From a virus, in the IMG/VR virus record IMGVR_UViG_3300048564_000035, positions 1-64,000 of that record: DNA of 64,000 nt. One strand, 5' to 3'. The notes under the pieces were generated by a model. That model did no database searches and was not told the origin of the DNA. It worked only from the letters and a program-made list of their open reading frames with translations. Positions 53,925 through 63,052 of the stretch are shown piece after piece (positions within the stretch are counted from its first letter, which is position 1; every line of letters starts with the position of its first letter). The translations under genes and the position numbers were made by a program.

Positions 53925-54376
53925 TTTTTTGTGTAAATATTTGTGATTGTAATAATTGTAGCGTTTGGAGGCTGCGTTTCGGTTATCGTTTTTAATTGGG
54001 TCGAAGATATGGAAACAATCTTTTCCGTAATCGTTCCGGCGTTAGGAATTGTCCAGTTTAATGTGTTTCCATAATCAGAAAGACTCCACGTAATACTGCT
54101 TTCAATAGAACAAGTTTTGTTTACATTCCCTGTCATTGAGGGGTAATTGAAGTATACTTTATACCCGCTTGGGCATGAGAACATAACTGCTAAAACATCT
54201 GTTTCGGTACTTCCATTCCCGTCCCAATCATAAGGAACGCTACTTGTTTTGGATGACAACACCCACGTTCCATTTAGCAGGTATGAGTTTGTAATTGTAT
54301 TGTCTTTGGGCTGATTATCATGTCCTTTTGAACATGAACCAAAAATAATAGCGATTAATATAATTAATATTTTCAT
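53921..54376 (-). CDS. lipoprotein with a lipocalin-like body (151 aa)
   Basis: ATG at 54376. MKILIILIAIIFGSC provides a lipobox Cys. LNGTWVLSS is a lipocalin-like start. Confidence 0.6.
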   Translation of the reverse strand: MKILIILIAIIFGSCSKGHDNQPKDNTITNSYLLNGTWVLSSKTSSVPYDWDGNGSTETDVLAVMFSCPSGYKVYFNYPSMTGNVNKTCSIESSITWSLSDYGNTLNWTIPNAGTITEKIVSISSTQLKTITETQPPNATIITITNIYTKK

Positions 54377-54380
54377 GTCA

Positions 54381-54653
54381 TTATTTTTTATTCCCATTTA
54401 TGAGGCTTAATTCTTCGGATGCCTTTTTGCTTTTATTTTCCAGAATAGTTTCAATGGCTGCTTTTATTGATAACTGTTCTTGGGTTGTAAAAGATTCAAT
54501 AGCTGTTAGGGCTTCCTGCGGGGTTATTTCTTTGTTCTTGGCCATGATTGTTTGTTTATTTAATAATTGTAATATTTGCGGGTTAGATGTATATTTTGGT
54601 CTATGATTAGCCTTATTCAATGTCATAAAAATTGGCAGTTTTACATCTCCCAT
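54381..54653 (-). CDS. hypothetical protein (90 aa; alternative start at 54545)
   Basis: ORF track. Confidence 0.45.
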   Translation of the reverse strand: MGDVKLPIFMTLNKANHRPKYTSNPQILQLLNKQTIMAKNKEITPQEALTAIESFTTQEQLSIKAAIETILENKSKKASEELSLINGNKK

Positions 54654-54690
54654 AAAGAAACCCCCTTTCCCTTCCGTTGCCTTTTTATGT

Positions 54691-55572
54691 TTAGTTACTT
54701 GCTGGATTTTTTACTACGTCGTCGGTAGCTTCGTCACCCCATGCGGTTACTAATAAATAACCATTAATGCCGTCTTTTGATACGGACTGCAAAACAATTG
54801 GGTCATAAACTAAACGATAACCATCACGAATTTCATAGCCTCTTGTATTAAAATCTTCTTTTGGAGCGCAGATTTTGAAAGCAGGTTGTTCGTATTCTTT
54901 CTTTGGCTCAGGCTTATCCTCTTTCCTATATGGATCAACCCCTATAACTCCTTGTCTGGATTGGGATATGCCTAATTGCATAGCCATTTCATCTTTTGCC
55001 ATCATGTAATTAGCAAGAAGATCATCGTATAAACGAGTGCGACCCGATTGCCGTGGCTTTGTAAGGTAAGTTCCATATTCGTCTGCTGCCTGAGATGATG
55101 GCCTAAATAAGTTTATAAGCCCTGCTTGCGGCGATGGAGAGTCGGCCCAACTAAACCAAGGTGATGAACTTTTTTCTTTCCAATCTTCTTTTCTCAATTT
55201 GAATTGTTCAATGTCCTGCAAATTCTTTTCGGGCATATCTCCAATATAGCTTGAAGCATCTCCCAAAAGAAGGCCGTACTTTTCACAAAGTATTTTTACT
55301 TCCGCTTCTGTGATAAACTTATTTTGAGGATAGTAAGTCCTGAAATATTCAATGCAATGAATCATGTGACCCGAAACTGACCTTTTCTTTTCAAGTTCAA
55401 TGTCATCCTTGATTGGCTTTGCGTTTCCAAACCCTATTTTTTTAAGGCGGTCAGCTTTGCTTGAATTTTTAACTAATGTTCCTTTTGATAGTCCGATAGC
55501 CTCTACATACAATCTTTCTTCGGCTCCATAAAAGTCTGCGTGAATTTCTTTTGCAGTAATAGTTTTTTCCAT
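54691..55572 (-). CDS. hypothetical protein (293 aa)
   Basis: ORF track. Confidence 0.6.
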   Translation of the reverse strand: MEKTITAKEIHADFYGAEERLYVEAIGLSKGTLVKNSSKADRLKKIGFGNAKPIKDDIELEKKRSVSGHMIHCIEYFRTYYPQNKFITEAEVKILCEKYGLLLGDASSYIGDMPEKNLQDIEQFKLRKEDWKEKSSSPWFSWADSPSPQAGLINLFRPSSQAADEYGTYLTKPRQSGRTRLYDDLLANYMMAKDEMAMQLGISQSRQGVIGVDPYRKEDKPEPKKEYEQPAFKICAPKEDFNTRGYEIRDGYRLVYDPIVLQSVSKDGINGYLLVTAWGDEATDDVVKNPASN

Positions 55573-55584
55573 ATAATTAATTTT

Positions 55585-55755
55585 TTATTTAGTTTCTTTT
55601 GGAAGAAATTTTTCTTCAAGGGTTACATTAATTGCGTTGTTTTCTGATGGGAACTTTTTTTTACCCACCTGCTTTTTAATTTCAACAAGTACGTCCGGAT
55701 TGACTTTTATGTATTTACCTTCCAATACCTTTTTCTTGGTTCTTTTTGAAATCAT
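55585..55755 (-). CDS. small basic protein (56 aa), first gene of the minus-strand block
   Basis: The only ATG is at 55755; the track start at 55782 is TTG. The promoter-like motif ends 4 nt upstream. Confidence 0.45.
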   Translation of the reverse strand: MISKRTKKKVLEGKYIKVNPDVLVEIKKQVGKKKFPSENNAINVTLEEKFLPKETK

Positions 55756-55759
55756 GCCG

Positions 55760-55790
55760 CTAAAGTATGTCAGTATCACCAAATCTCAAA
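55760..55790 (-). promoter_or_regulatory. candidate promoter of the minus-strand block
   Basis: On the minus strand: TTTG (55790-55787), a 19-nt spacer, then TActTTAG (55767-55760). This implies a leaderless or near-leaderless mRNA. Confidence 0.35.
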
Positions 55791-55806
55791 ATAATTCAAG
55801 AAAATA

Positions 55807-55837
55807 TTTGCCGGTATCACCGAAACGCCTATATTTG
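55807..55837 (+). promoter_or_regulatory. consensus Bacteroidota promoter of the second + strand block
   Basis: TTTG at 55807-55810, a 19-nt spacer, then TAtaTTTG at 55830-55837. Confidence 0.6.
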
Positions 55838-55863
55838 TCATAGACAACAAAAAAAATAGAGGA

Positions 55864-56001
55864 ATGAAAAAATATTACAAAAGAAAGGCGTTTTGGGAAG
55901 CATTCGTAATTGTTGCCGCTGCAAAACTATTAAGTCACCCAAGGTGGACATACGCATGGTGGAACTCACGATTAACGCTAATCAAAAAAGGAGAAATATG
56001 A
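55864..56001 (+). CDS. 45-aa membrane peptide
   Basis: The ATG lies 27 nt after the -7 box. The stop overlaps the next ATG in ATGA. Confidence 0.35.
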   Translation: MKKYYKRKAFWEAFVIVAAAKLLSHPRWTYAWWNSRLTLIKKGEI

Positions 56002-56243
56002 AAAAGCTAAAGCATCCTCAGCAAGTTGCTGAAATGGTAGAAAAACATAACAAGGAAATTCGTGACACTGTTTTTGATGAGGCGATAGAAGTCTTTGGCA
56101 AAGACACGTTGTTTATTCATGACTGCATTAAGCAAGTAATGAGAGAGCATTTTCTTGATTATCAAGACGCAAATTTACAAGCAGCATTTGTAAGGGTAGC
56201 GATAGGGGTAAATAAAATGAACTACCCTAAAAAGGTAAAATGA
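55998..56243 (+). CDS. hypothetical protein (81 aa)
   Basis: The ORF track gives 55893-56243 with a TTG start. The first ATG is at 55998. Confidence 0.5.
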   Translation: MKKLKHPQQVAEMVEKHNKEIRDTVFDEAIEVFGKDTLFIHDCIKQVMREHFLDYQDANLQAAFVRVAIGVNKMNYPKKVK

Positions 56244-56473
56244 AAGCCGAAAAAATCAATATTGAAGACTTGAATGAGGGTGATGTTGTTTTCCTTGATA
56301 AAGTATATGGTTACTGCACTGTTTTAAAAACCCACATAGGCGTAAACTTGGGAACAATCGTGGTTTTTGAGGCTACTGGAATTGGGTGGAAGGGAGATGA
56401 AAATCCAGTTAATAAAGTAGTATCAAAATATTACACAAGACGGAGTAAGAGAAAGCTTGAGTTATATGAGTGA
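56240..56473 (+). CDS. hypothetical protein (77 aa)
   Basis: ORF track. Confidence 0.5.
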   Translation: MKAEKINIEDLNEGDVVFLDKVYGYCTVLKTHIGVNLGTIVVFEATGIGWKGDENPVNKVVSKYYTRRSKRKLELYE

Positions 56474-56569
56474 AAAAACAAAAACCGTGAGAGAAATAAT
56501 TTTAAATAGTTACCTTTTCTAATTTTTTTTACAAATGGGAGAGAGGGAGATTTAAAAAAAGTAAAAATT

Positions 56570-56797
56570 ATGGAAAAAATTATTCCCTATTCAGTTGGTC
56601 TATTAACGGCAAGTGTTTGTGCTGACAACAATCTTACTCCCGAAGAAGTGGAAAAAGAATTTAATAGAGTTTCACCATCTGGAACAACGGCAGGATGGAG
56701 AATTAGTGAAGATACCCATTTCAGGGAAGGCGCAACAAATCCGTGTCCATGTGACCAAAACCCAACGACCAGAAAACATTATCTTTTCAATTGCTAA
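56570..56797 (+). CDS. hypothetical protein (75 aa)
   Basis: ORF track. Preferred over the overlapping 56613-56825 frame. Confidence 0.45.
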   Translation: MEKIIPYSVGLLTASVCADNNLTPEEVEKEFNRVSPSGTTAGWRISEDTHFREGATNPCPCDQNPTTRKHYLFNC

Positions 56798-56808
56798 TCG
56801 AATAAATC

Positions 56809-57135
56809 ATGAAGCATCAGTCTAACACCAACGTACCAAATCATCCAATGAGTTTACCTTCCCTAAAAGAACAAGGATGGAACGTAGTTGATTGGGATGA
56901 AAAATGTCCGGAAGTAGGAGACTATATTCAAGTGTTTGAGCCGCACATGGGTAATAAATATTCTTTCAAAGTAACTGCAATAGGAGATAAAAGTTTCCTT
57001 GCTCAGCCAACAAGTAGTAACGAGTTCATGGAACAGCACTTTCAAAAACATGACAAAATTTACGTTTTTAAAAAAAGTGGGTCTGGACATTGTTTAATAA
57101 ACGGAATTGGTACAATATTACCCCATAAACACTAA
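56809..57135 (+). CDS. hypothetical protein (108 aa)
   Basis: ORF track. Confidence 0.55.
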   Translation: MKHQSNTNVPNHPMSLPSLKEQGWNVVDWDEKCPEVGDYIQVFEPHMGNKYSFKVTAIGDKSFLAQPTSSNEFMEQHFQKHDKIYVFKKSGSGHCLINGIGTILPHKH

Positions 57136-57164
57136 CCCCTCCCACACACACAAAAGTAAAAGTT

Positions 57165-57914
57165 ATGACAACAGATAACAGGCCACCAATAGGATTAATG
57201 CCGGAGTGGAGGCACAAAGAACTAAGGCTTAAAGAAATTAAAGAGGCAATAGAAAGGTATTTGAGAGAAAATCAACAGCCCATTCCTCTAAGTTGGATAG
57301 CGGAGCAATATGAAATAGAAGGATGGCTGGAAAATAGAAAAGAAGAAAAAGATTGGGAAATTCTGTCATTTGAATGTAAGCCATATTCCATAATATTACA
57401 CAGAAACCCCGATGTAACTTTTGGAATGTATAGTGCAGAAGAAAAAGATTTGCTTTTGAGTAATATGCACTCCATTCATTCCGTACGAAGAAAAAGCGAT
57501 AATTCTATTTGGACTATTGGTGATGATACTACCAAAGGAGAGATAACTAAGTTTGAAATTCATAAAGGAACTATGTATTGGAAGAATGACGGTGTATTAT
57601 TTAGCCTGTCTCATTTAAAAAAGCCTGAACCAGTAAAGGAGGTATTGTTCATAACGGAAGATTTAAAAACCATTCACGATGGAGATAAATATTGGAATGT
57701 AAGTACAGAATTTAATATAGAATGTTTTGATGCTGATAAGGATTGGACGAGTAGAAGTGGGAAAAGAACCTTTTCTACCCAAGAAGCTGCAAAGGAATGG
57801 GTACTAATGAATCGTCCAGTATTATCGGTAAATGAGGTAGTAGAACTTTGGGCGAAAAATAATTACTTTCCAGATTCTGCAAAAAAACTAGCAAAATCAA
57901 AACTAAACCAATGA
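57165..57914 (+). CDS. hypothetical protein (249 aa)
   Basis: ORF track. Confidence 0.6.
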   Translation: MTTDNRPPIGLMPEWRHKELRLKEIKEAIERYLRENQQPIPLSWIAEQYEIEGWLENRKEEKDWEILSFECKPYSIILHRNPDVTFGMYSAEEKDLLLSNMHSIHSVRRKSDNSIWTIGDDTTKGEITKFEIHKGTMYWKNDGVLFSLSHLKKPEPVKEVLFITEDLKTIHDGDKYWNVSTEFNIECFDADKDWTSRSGKRTFSTQEAAKEWVLMNRPVLSVNEVVELWAKNNYFPDSAKKLAKSKLNQ

Positions 57915-58129
57915 ATACAGACACAAATACATTGTCAATAACGGTTAATTTCTCTAATGGGCTTGAAATGGAGTTTAATTTAAACAAAGCCATTGATGAT
58001 CTTTCTACTGCAATAAAAAGAAAGGGTCTAATGAATATGTCGTTAGAGTGCAAACACTTTGAGTCTTTATCTGAAATGTATAAGGTAGAAATAAAAATAA
58101 ACCACACTAAGGAGGAAGATGGAGTATGA
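57911..58129 (+). CDS. hypothetical protein (72 aa)
   Basis: ORF track. 4-nt overlap. Confidence 0.5.
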   Translation: MNTDTNTLSITVNFSNGLEMEFNLNKAIDDLSTAIKRKGLMNMSLECKHFESLSEMYKVEIKINHTKEEDGV

Positions 58130-58323
58130 GTAAAGCAAAAATAAAAGATTGTAAGATAATAAAGGATATACTAAAAAAGTATGACACGGGGGTTGAAGAT
58201 GTTAATATAGATAAAGAAATTGGACTGAAATGGCTGAATAAATCAGAATTATTATACTTACTTAAGGAACTTAACTACCGTTACTATGAACTATTCCATT
58301 CAGATCAATGGGACGGAGGATAA
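58126..58323 (+). CDS. hypothetical protein (65 aa)
   Basis: ORF track. 4-nt overlap. Confidence 0.5.
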   Translation: MSKAKIKDCKIIKDILKKYDTGVEDVNIDKEIGLKWLNKSELLYLLKELNYRYYELFHSDQWDGG

Positions 58324-58335
58324 AAATAAATAACC

Positions 58336-58836
58336 ATGAGCTACCTTGACGATAGGCGTAATCACATCAATGCAGGCAGGCCATTAAAGCAAAAAAAAGT
58401 CTACAAGCTAAAGCCCATAAGTGACAAGAAGGCTGCTAAAATTAAGGCAGAGAAAGAACGGTTGGGGGGTGACGATACGGAATTGATCAAATGGTACAAG
58501 GCACGAATGAAGCAAATGTCAGGCAGGTGCAACGAAACAGGACTAAAAACTGAGACACGGATTTATGCCTATGCAATAATGTCTATTTGCCACCTTTTAG
58601 ATAAGCGGGATACTAAATGTCCATCAGTAAAAACCCATCCTTTTAATTGGATTGAATTAGCTCCCGACGTTCATACAATGTTTGATAAAGCTACATGGAA
58701 AGAAAGAGAAATGATGGGTTGTTGGGAAACTATTCGTGACCGGCTTATCTTAGTTTATCCATCCCTTGCAGAAAGTGAAAGAAGACATTTTCCAGAATCT
58801 GTTTTAAATTACATGAACAAATCAACCACCATGTAA
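58336..58836 (+). CDS. NinG/HNH-like protein candidate (166 aa)
   Basis: A Lys-rich N-terminal region, then C..TG......SICHLL.K......N...L....H..FD. This is a weak resemblance to lambda NinG-type proteins. Confidence 0.5.
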   Translation: MSYLDDRRNHINAGRPLKQKKVYKLKPISDKKAAKIKAEKERLGGDDTELIKWYKARMKQMSGRCNETGLKTETRIYAYAIMSICHLLDKRDTKCPSVKTHPFNWIELAPDVHTMFDKATWKEREMMGCWETIRDRLILVYPSLAESERRHFPESVLNYMNKSTTM

Positions 58837-58846
58837 AAGGAGAGGA

Positions 58847-59479
58847 ATGGCTATGGACGAACGCGAATACAACATATTATTTAATAAATACCATAAGCGT
58901 CTGGTATATTTTTCCCGTAAACTTATCGGTGAAATGTATTGTGAAGATGTGGTTGCTGATGTATTTGCTAAAGTATGGAAAGAGGGAATAAAAAACGGTG
59001 TTTTAGATGTGGGGGCATACCTATATAAACTTGTACAAAATAAATGCAATGACGTATTAAGGGGGGCGACAAGAATAAGGAGACAACGCATGATTAAGCG
59101 TGATTCAAATTATCCCTACCAAAACGTATCATCAATGCCCCCGGATATTAAACAACACTTATCTAATGGAGCAATTTCAGAAGAGTATGCCGACAGTAAG
59201 GTAATACACACTGAGCTATTAGCGTCCATCATAGACATAGTCGAATCAATGCCGGCAGAACGGAAGAAAATGTTCTACATGATATTCATTGAAGATTTAA
59301 GCACTAGTGAAATAATAGCCGAAACAGGACTATCAGAAAGCACTATCCGTGTACAAAAAATGAAGATTGTTAAAGACCTTACTATGTATGGAACAAAACT
59401 TATCAACCGTCCCTGTTGGGTTAACGATGGTAATAAAACTTTACTTAGTGCAAGATTTTCTAAAAATAAAACCAAATGA
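58847..59479 (+). CDS. ECF-type sigma-70 family RNA polymerase sigma factor
   Basis: The region 2-like segment is YHKRLVYFSRKLIGEMYCEDVVADVFAKVW. The region 4-like segment is MPAERKKMFYMIFIEDLSTSEIIAETGLSESTIRVQKMKIVKDL. Confidence 0.75.
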   Translation: MAMDEREYNILFNKYHKRLVYFSRKLIGEMYCEDVVADVFAKVWKEGIKNGVLDVGAYLYKLVQNKCNDVLRGATRIRRQRMIKRDSNYPYQNVSSMPPDIKQHLSNGAISEEYADSKVIHTELLASIIDIVESMPAERKKMFYMIFIEDLSTSEIIAETGLSESTIRVQKMKIVKDLTMYGTKLINRPCWVNDGNKTLLSARFSKNKTK

Positions 59480-59790
59480 CAATTCAACAAATATTCTCTG
59501 AAGGTTTCAGAACCGGAAGAACTCCCAATATTTCTGAAAATGAAGCATGGGAAGAGTTCAAAAAAACAATGCCGGAAGAAAGACTTTTTACTTTGGATGA
59601 AATGAAAAAATGTTGGGAAGATGCTTGCAACGCAATACTATCCGATATTTCCTATGGATTTCTACATCCGGCAAATCAGGCTAAAACAAATTCACTAAGA
59701 GATGCAGAAATATTTCAGGCATTGGGCGAGACAATTAAAAACTTTCCAAAACCTCCTTTCAAGTCATTAGGAGTAACACTTAAACAATAA
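59476..59790 (+). CDS. hypothetical protein (104 aa)
   Basis: ORF track. 4-nt overlap with the sigma factor gene. Confidence 0.55.
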   Translation: MTIQQIFSEGFRTGRTPNISENEAWEEFKKTMPEERLFTLDEMKKCWEDACNAILSDISYGFLHPANQAKTNSLRDAEIFQALGETIKNFPKPPFKSLGVTLKQ

Positions 59791-59793
59791 ATC

Positions 59794-60087
59794 ATGATAC
59801 ACATTACGAAAAGCAAAACCGGATTTCTGGTAGTCAATGTAGCTAAAAATGGAGAGCCATTAGCAACAAGCGAAGTTCTTTCTTCAAAGGCTAAGTGCTG
59901 GAAAAATATTCTGGCTCAAATGAAATTATTTGAAACTGGTATGAACGCAAACTTTTTAGACATACAGGATGATACCCTAAAAATGGTTCGGGTTATACGC
60001 CTTACCCTTCATGGGAGTAAAGAAGAAGTTTCTGATACCTTGTCTGAAAAAAAGTACATCCCCGGTAAAAATAAAACCCGTAAATAA
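59794..60087 (+). CDS. YegP/DUF1508-like small protein (97 aa)
   Basis: KTGFLVVNVAKNGEPLATSEVLSSKAKCWKNI resembles the DUF1508 repeat. Confidence 0.5.
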   Translation: MIHITKSKTGFLVVNVAKNGEPLATSEVLSSKAKCWKNILAQMKLFETGMNANFLDIQDDTLKMVRVIRLTLHGSKEEVSDTLSEKKYIPGKNKTRK

Positions 60088-60094
60088 ATAAATC

Positions 60095-60316
60095 ATGGCA
60101 ACAAGACAAGAACACCTTCAATGGTGCAAGCAAAGAGCAATGGAGTATTGCAATATGGATGATCTAAACCAAGCCTTCACTTCCTTTATTTCAGACTTGG
60201 GGAAGCACGAGGAAACAGCTAACCATATGGCAATAGAATTAGGAACGAGGCTTTTCTTTTCAGGGAACCTACGTACCCGGCAGCAAATGGAACATTTTAT
60301 CGAAGGAACGAATTGA
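60095..60316 (+). CDS. hypothetical protein (73 aa)
   Basis: ORF track. Confidence 0.5.
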   Translation: MATRQEHLQWCKQRAMEYCNMDDLNQAFTSFISDLGKHEETANHMAIELGTRLFFSGNLRTRQQMEHFIEGTN

Positions 60317-60548
60317 CCACCCCATTTTGATGCTTTATTTCACAACACATCCTTTGACAAATGGTAACTTTTTGGACTAGGTGAGGATGGTGTAGAAAAA
60401 AGTTCTTTGAAGTTTCGGAAAATTGTTTTTACATTCGTGGTGCAAATAACAATTAATATTTTTTAGTATGCTTCAAACTTATTATTTTTACATCGTTGGC
60501 GGCTCTCGTCAATTTTCCATATTAAGAAGTATTTAATGTTATTTGCGC

Positions 60549-60580
60549 CCCCGCTGGTTTACTCCGGTGGGGATTTTTTT
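60549..60580 (+). terminator. rho-independent terminator
   Basis: A 9-bp stem pairs CCCCGCTGG (60549-57) with CCGGTGGGG (60564-72), including two G-U pairs. It is followed by aTTTTTTT. Confidence 0.6.
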
Positions 60581-60603
60581 GTTACCGCAATTCAATATAA
60601 AGA

Positions 60604-60939
60604 ATGGAAAAAGACCCTTCTATAAGAAAATTAATACATGATTTCTTAAATCTAAAAGCCTGCTTATTTGGCCCTCCTAGAGCTTGTGGCGTTTACGGTG
60701 TTTTTGTATTTAAAAAATATCTTTCTACTCCTAAAGAAACTTTATTATACATAGGTTCTTCAAAGAATGTACGAGATAGGGTAATGAATTTAAGGCATCC
60801 ATATAGGAAATGCTTTACTCGATTATCAGGAGAAGATGTTTGGGTTTATACTAAAACTTTAGAAACTGAAGATTATATAGAAAAAGAAAAAATACTCATA
60901 CGGCATTTACGTCCTATTTTAAACAAAATGAACAAATAA
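60604..60939 (+). CDS. GIY-YIG nuclease domain protein (111 aa), free-standing homing-endonuclease-like
   Basis: GVYGVF...LYIGSSKNVRDRV...E..LI..L.PILN covers the GIY, YIG, Arg, Glu and Asn positions. Confidence 0.7.
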   Translation: MEKDPSIRKLIHDFLNLKACLFGPPRACGVYGVFVFKKYLSTPKETLLYIGSSKNVRDRVMNLRHPYRKCFTRLSGEDVWVYTKTLETEDYIEKEKILIRHLRPILNKMNK

Positions 60940-60943
60940 TATA

Positions 60944-61819
60944 ATGGCTAACAGATTTCTTGACACAAACTACTACAAAAGCCCTTTTGTGAGATCACTT
61001 CCCGGTAAATTAAAAAGCCTTTACAGTTTCATTATTTGTGATTGCGACGGGGCTGGAATTTGGAATATGGATATGCAGGCGGCGAGTATGTTTATTGGAT
61101 TTGATGTTACGCAAAAAGAATTTGAAGAAGCATTTACAAAAAACGGGAAAGCTGTGAATTTGGGCGGCATGAAATTTTTTTTTCCGGACTTTATAGAACA
61201 CCAATATCCGGGGGGATTGCAGATAAATAATAAGGCGCATAAAAATTTTATTAACACTTTGACTAAATACGGACTTATTGACAATTGTCAAAAAATTATT
61301 AAAAAAGAAGCCCCCTTAGAGGAACCCTTAAAGGGTTCCCATGTACAGTCTAGTAATGGTAATGGTCAAGGTAACGGTCTAGGAAATGGTAATGGTAACA
61401 GTCCTAAAGATGGGGGTTTGGGGGAAGAAAAATATATCATTCCGCAAATGTGCAAAATTTGGTACGAAACGTTTCCGACATACACGCAAGACCGAGAAAA
61501 GGATTGTGACGGAATGGGAAAAATACTTTGGTTTATCGCAAAGCAGCATCATCTGAAACGGGTTGAAGAAACCGAAACCCAAATAAAAATTTTAAACACT
61601 TTGCAGCTAATCGCAGATCAGGTAAACCGGGAACCATTTTGGACAAATAAACCGATAAAAAGCATCGCAAACAACATTCAGGAATTTTACAACAACATCA
61701 AAAACCCGATCAATGGAAAGCAATCAGGAACAGCCGGAAATCAACCAACAGACCTCCGTGCAGGTGTACAAGCCGAGCGTGATAGACGCCGTGCGCAAAG
61801 GCAACAAACAGGAAATTAA
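60944..61819 (+). CDS. replication-organiser-like protein (291 aa) with a Gly/Asn low-complexity linker
   Basis: ORF track. The linker is SSNGNGQGNGLGNGNGNS. The functional call rests only on context and a general resemblance to phage replisome organisers. Confidence 0.55.
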   Translation: MANRFLDTNYYKSPFVRSLPGKLKSLYSFIICDCDGAGIWNMDMQAASMFIGFDVTQKEFEEAFTKNGKAVNLGGMKFFFPDFIEHQYPGGLQINNKAHKNFINTLTKYGLIDNCQKIIKKEAPLEEPLKGSHVQSSNGNGQGNGLGNGNGNSPKDGGLGEEKYIIPQMCKIWYETFPTYTQDREKDCDGMGKILWFIAKQHHLKRVEETETQIKILNTLQLIADQVNREPFWTNKPIKSIANNIQEFYNNIKNPINGKQSGTAGNQPTDLRAGVQAERDRRRAQRQQTGN

Positions 61820-62366
61820 TACTCTTTTGAGAGCGTACAAAGCTCCAAACGGGTCACCAAACTTTCCGGCACTTTTCGATATACCGTCGTCTTGCAGATT
61901 ACCAGAACTGGCTAAAAATAACTATGACGATACGCTGGATGTTGTGACCGCTGGATTGACATTAGCTATTGAAAACATGAACCTTAAAAGAGGGTTAGCT
62001 CCTGCTCAGATAATGGATTTGGCCGAGGAAATTGTTGATACCGCAAATGACGATAACCTTTCGTTTGAGGATTTGATTTTATTTCTTCAGGGATTAACGA
62101 GAGGTCGTTATGGAGAACTTTACGAGAGCATGGATTTGCCAAAGTTTATGAACCTGTTTGGTAAGTACCGTGACGAAAGGTGGGAAGAAGGCGCAAGGCT
62201 CAGGGATGAAAAACATTTGGAGTATAAATCAATGGGCGACCCGCAACGAATTGGAAGCAGGATGACTGCATTTGATGAACACCTTGCAGCGTACACTACA
62301 AAACTTCAGGCCAAAAACGATGAAATAAGAGAGTTGAAAGAAGAAAGAAAAAGGCATTACCAATGA
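61713..62366 (+). CDS. hypothetical protein (217 aa)
   Basis: ORF track. The only plausible ATG overlaps the previous gene by 107 nt. Confidence 0.5.
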   Translation: MESNQEQPEINQQTSVQVYKPSVIDAVRKGNKQEINTLLRAYKAPNGSPNFPALFDIPSSCRLPELAKNNYDDTLDVVTAGLTLAIENMNLKRGLAPAQIMDLAEEIVDTANDDNLSFEDLILFLQGLTRGRYGELYESMDLPKFMNLFGKYRDERWEEGARLRDEKHLEYKSMGDPQRIGSRMTAFDEHLAAYTTKLQAKNDEIRELKEERKRHYQ

Positions 62367-62626
62367 ACCCATGCGAAGAAATGAGACAGTTTTACATAGC
62401 CATGTTCCATGAAAAAGGGGAATCCGTTTTACCCGTACTGTGTAGTTTAACAATCCCCCAAAACCTTTTTATGGAAAAGTATAAATCATTGCCGCCTATT
62501 GAAAAGCTAGAACCAGAAGAAAAAACAAAAATGAAAAAGTACGTTCACGAATTATTCCCGGACAAAGACGTTGCTTTTAAACTTCAGGCGGCAAAGATTA
62601 TTTACACAATAGGAACGTTGCTATGA
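62363..62626 (+). CDS. hypothetical protein (87 aa)
   Basis: ORF track. 4-nt overlap. Confidence 0.5.
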   Translation: MNPCEEMRQFYIAMFHEKGESVLPVLCSLTIPQNLFMEKYKSLPPIEKLEPEEKTKMKKYVHELFPDKDVAFKLQAAKIIYTIGTLL

Positions 62627-62853
62627 GCCGCCAATTATCAGACAGAGAGAAGGATAAAATACTCAGGCTTTATAAAACCAAAACCGTTGCAGAGTTGGCA
62701 GCTACCCTTCATGTACCGATTAAATATGTTTACGATTTTTTAGCAGAAAAGGGGTTGCCGACTTTTAATAAATACAATAACAGAAAAAAGAAAGAAGTTA
62801 ATAGTGAGTTCTTTGATTGGAGAGAATACGGGAATGAAATATTTATTGGATAA
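62623..62853 (+). CDS. HTH-containing small protein (76 aa)
   Basis: The HTH-like segment is KTVAELAATLHVPIKYVYDFLAEKGL. Confidence 0.5.
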   Translation: MSRQLSDREKDKILRLYKTKTVAELAATLHVPIKYVYDFLAEKGLPTFNKYNNRKKKEVNSEFFDWREYGNEIFIG

Positions 62854-63052
62854 CCTTACTTTGGAAAGCCACGATAGGGAATTGATCTAAATCTTGAAAA
62901 CGCCGTACCGGATGATGGGGATAGGCAAATCTGGAAGATCGAAGGGGTGGGACGTAGGGTAACCCCACTCTTTAATGTGACTTGAAATTTGGGTCTAAAA
63001 AGCGGGTCTAATTTGATTGTAGAGATATTTTGAAATTAATAAAATTAACAAT

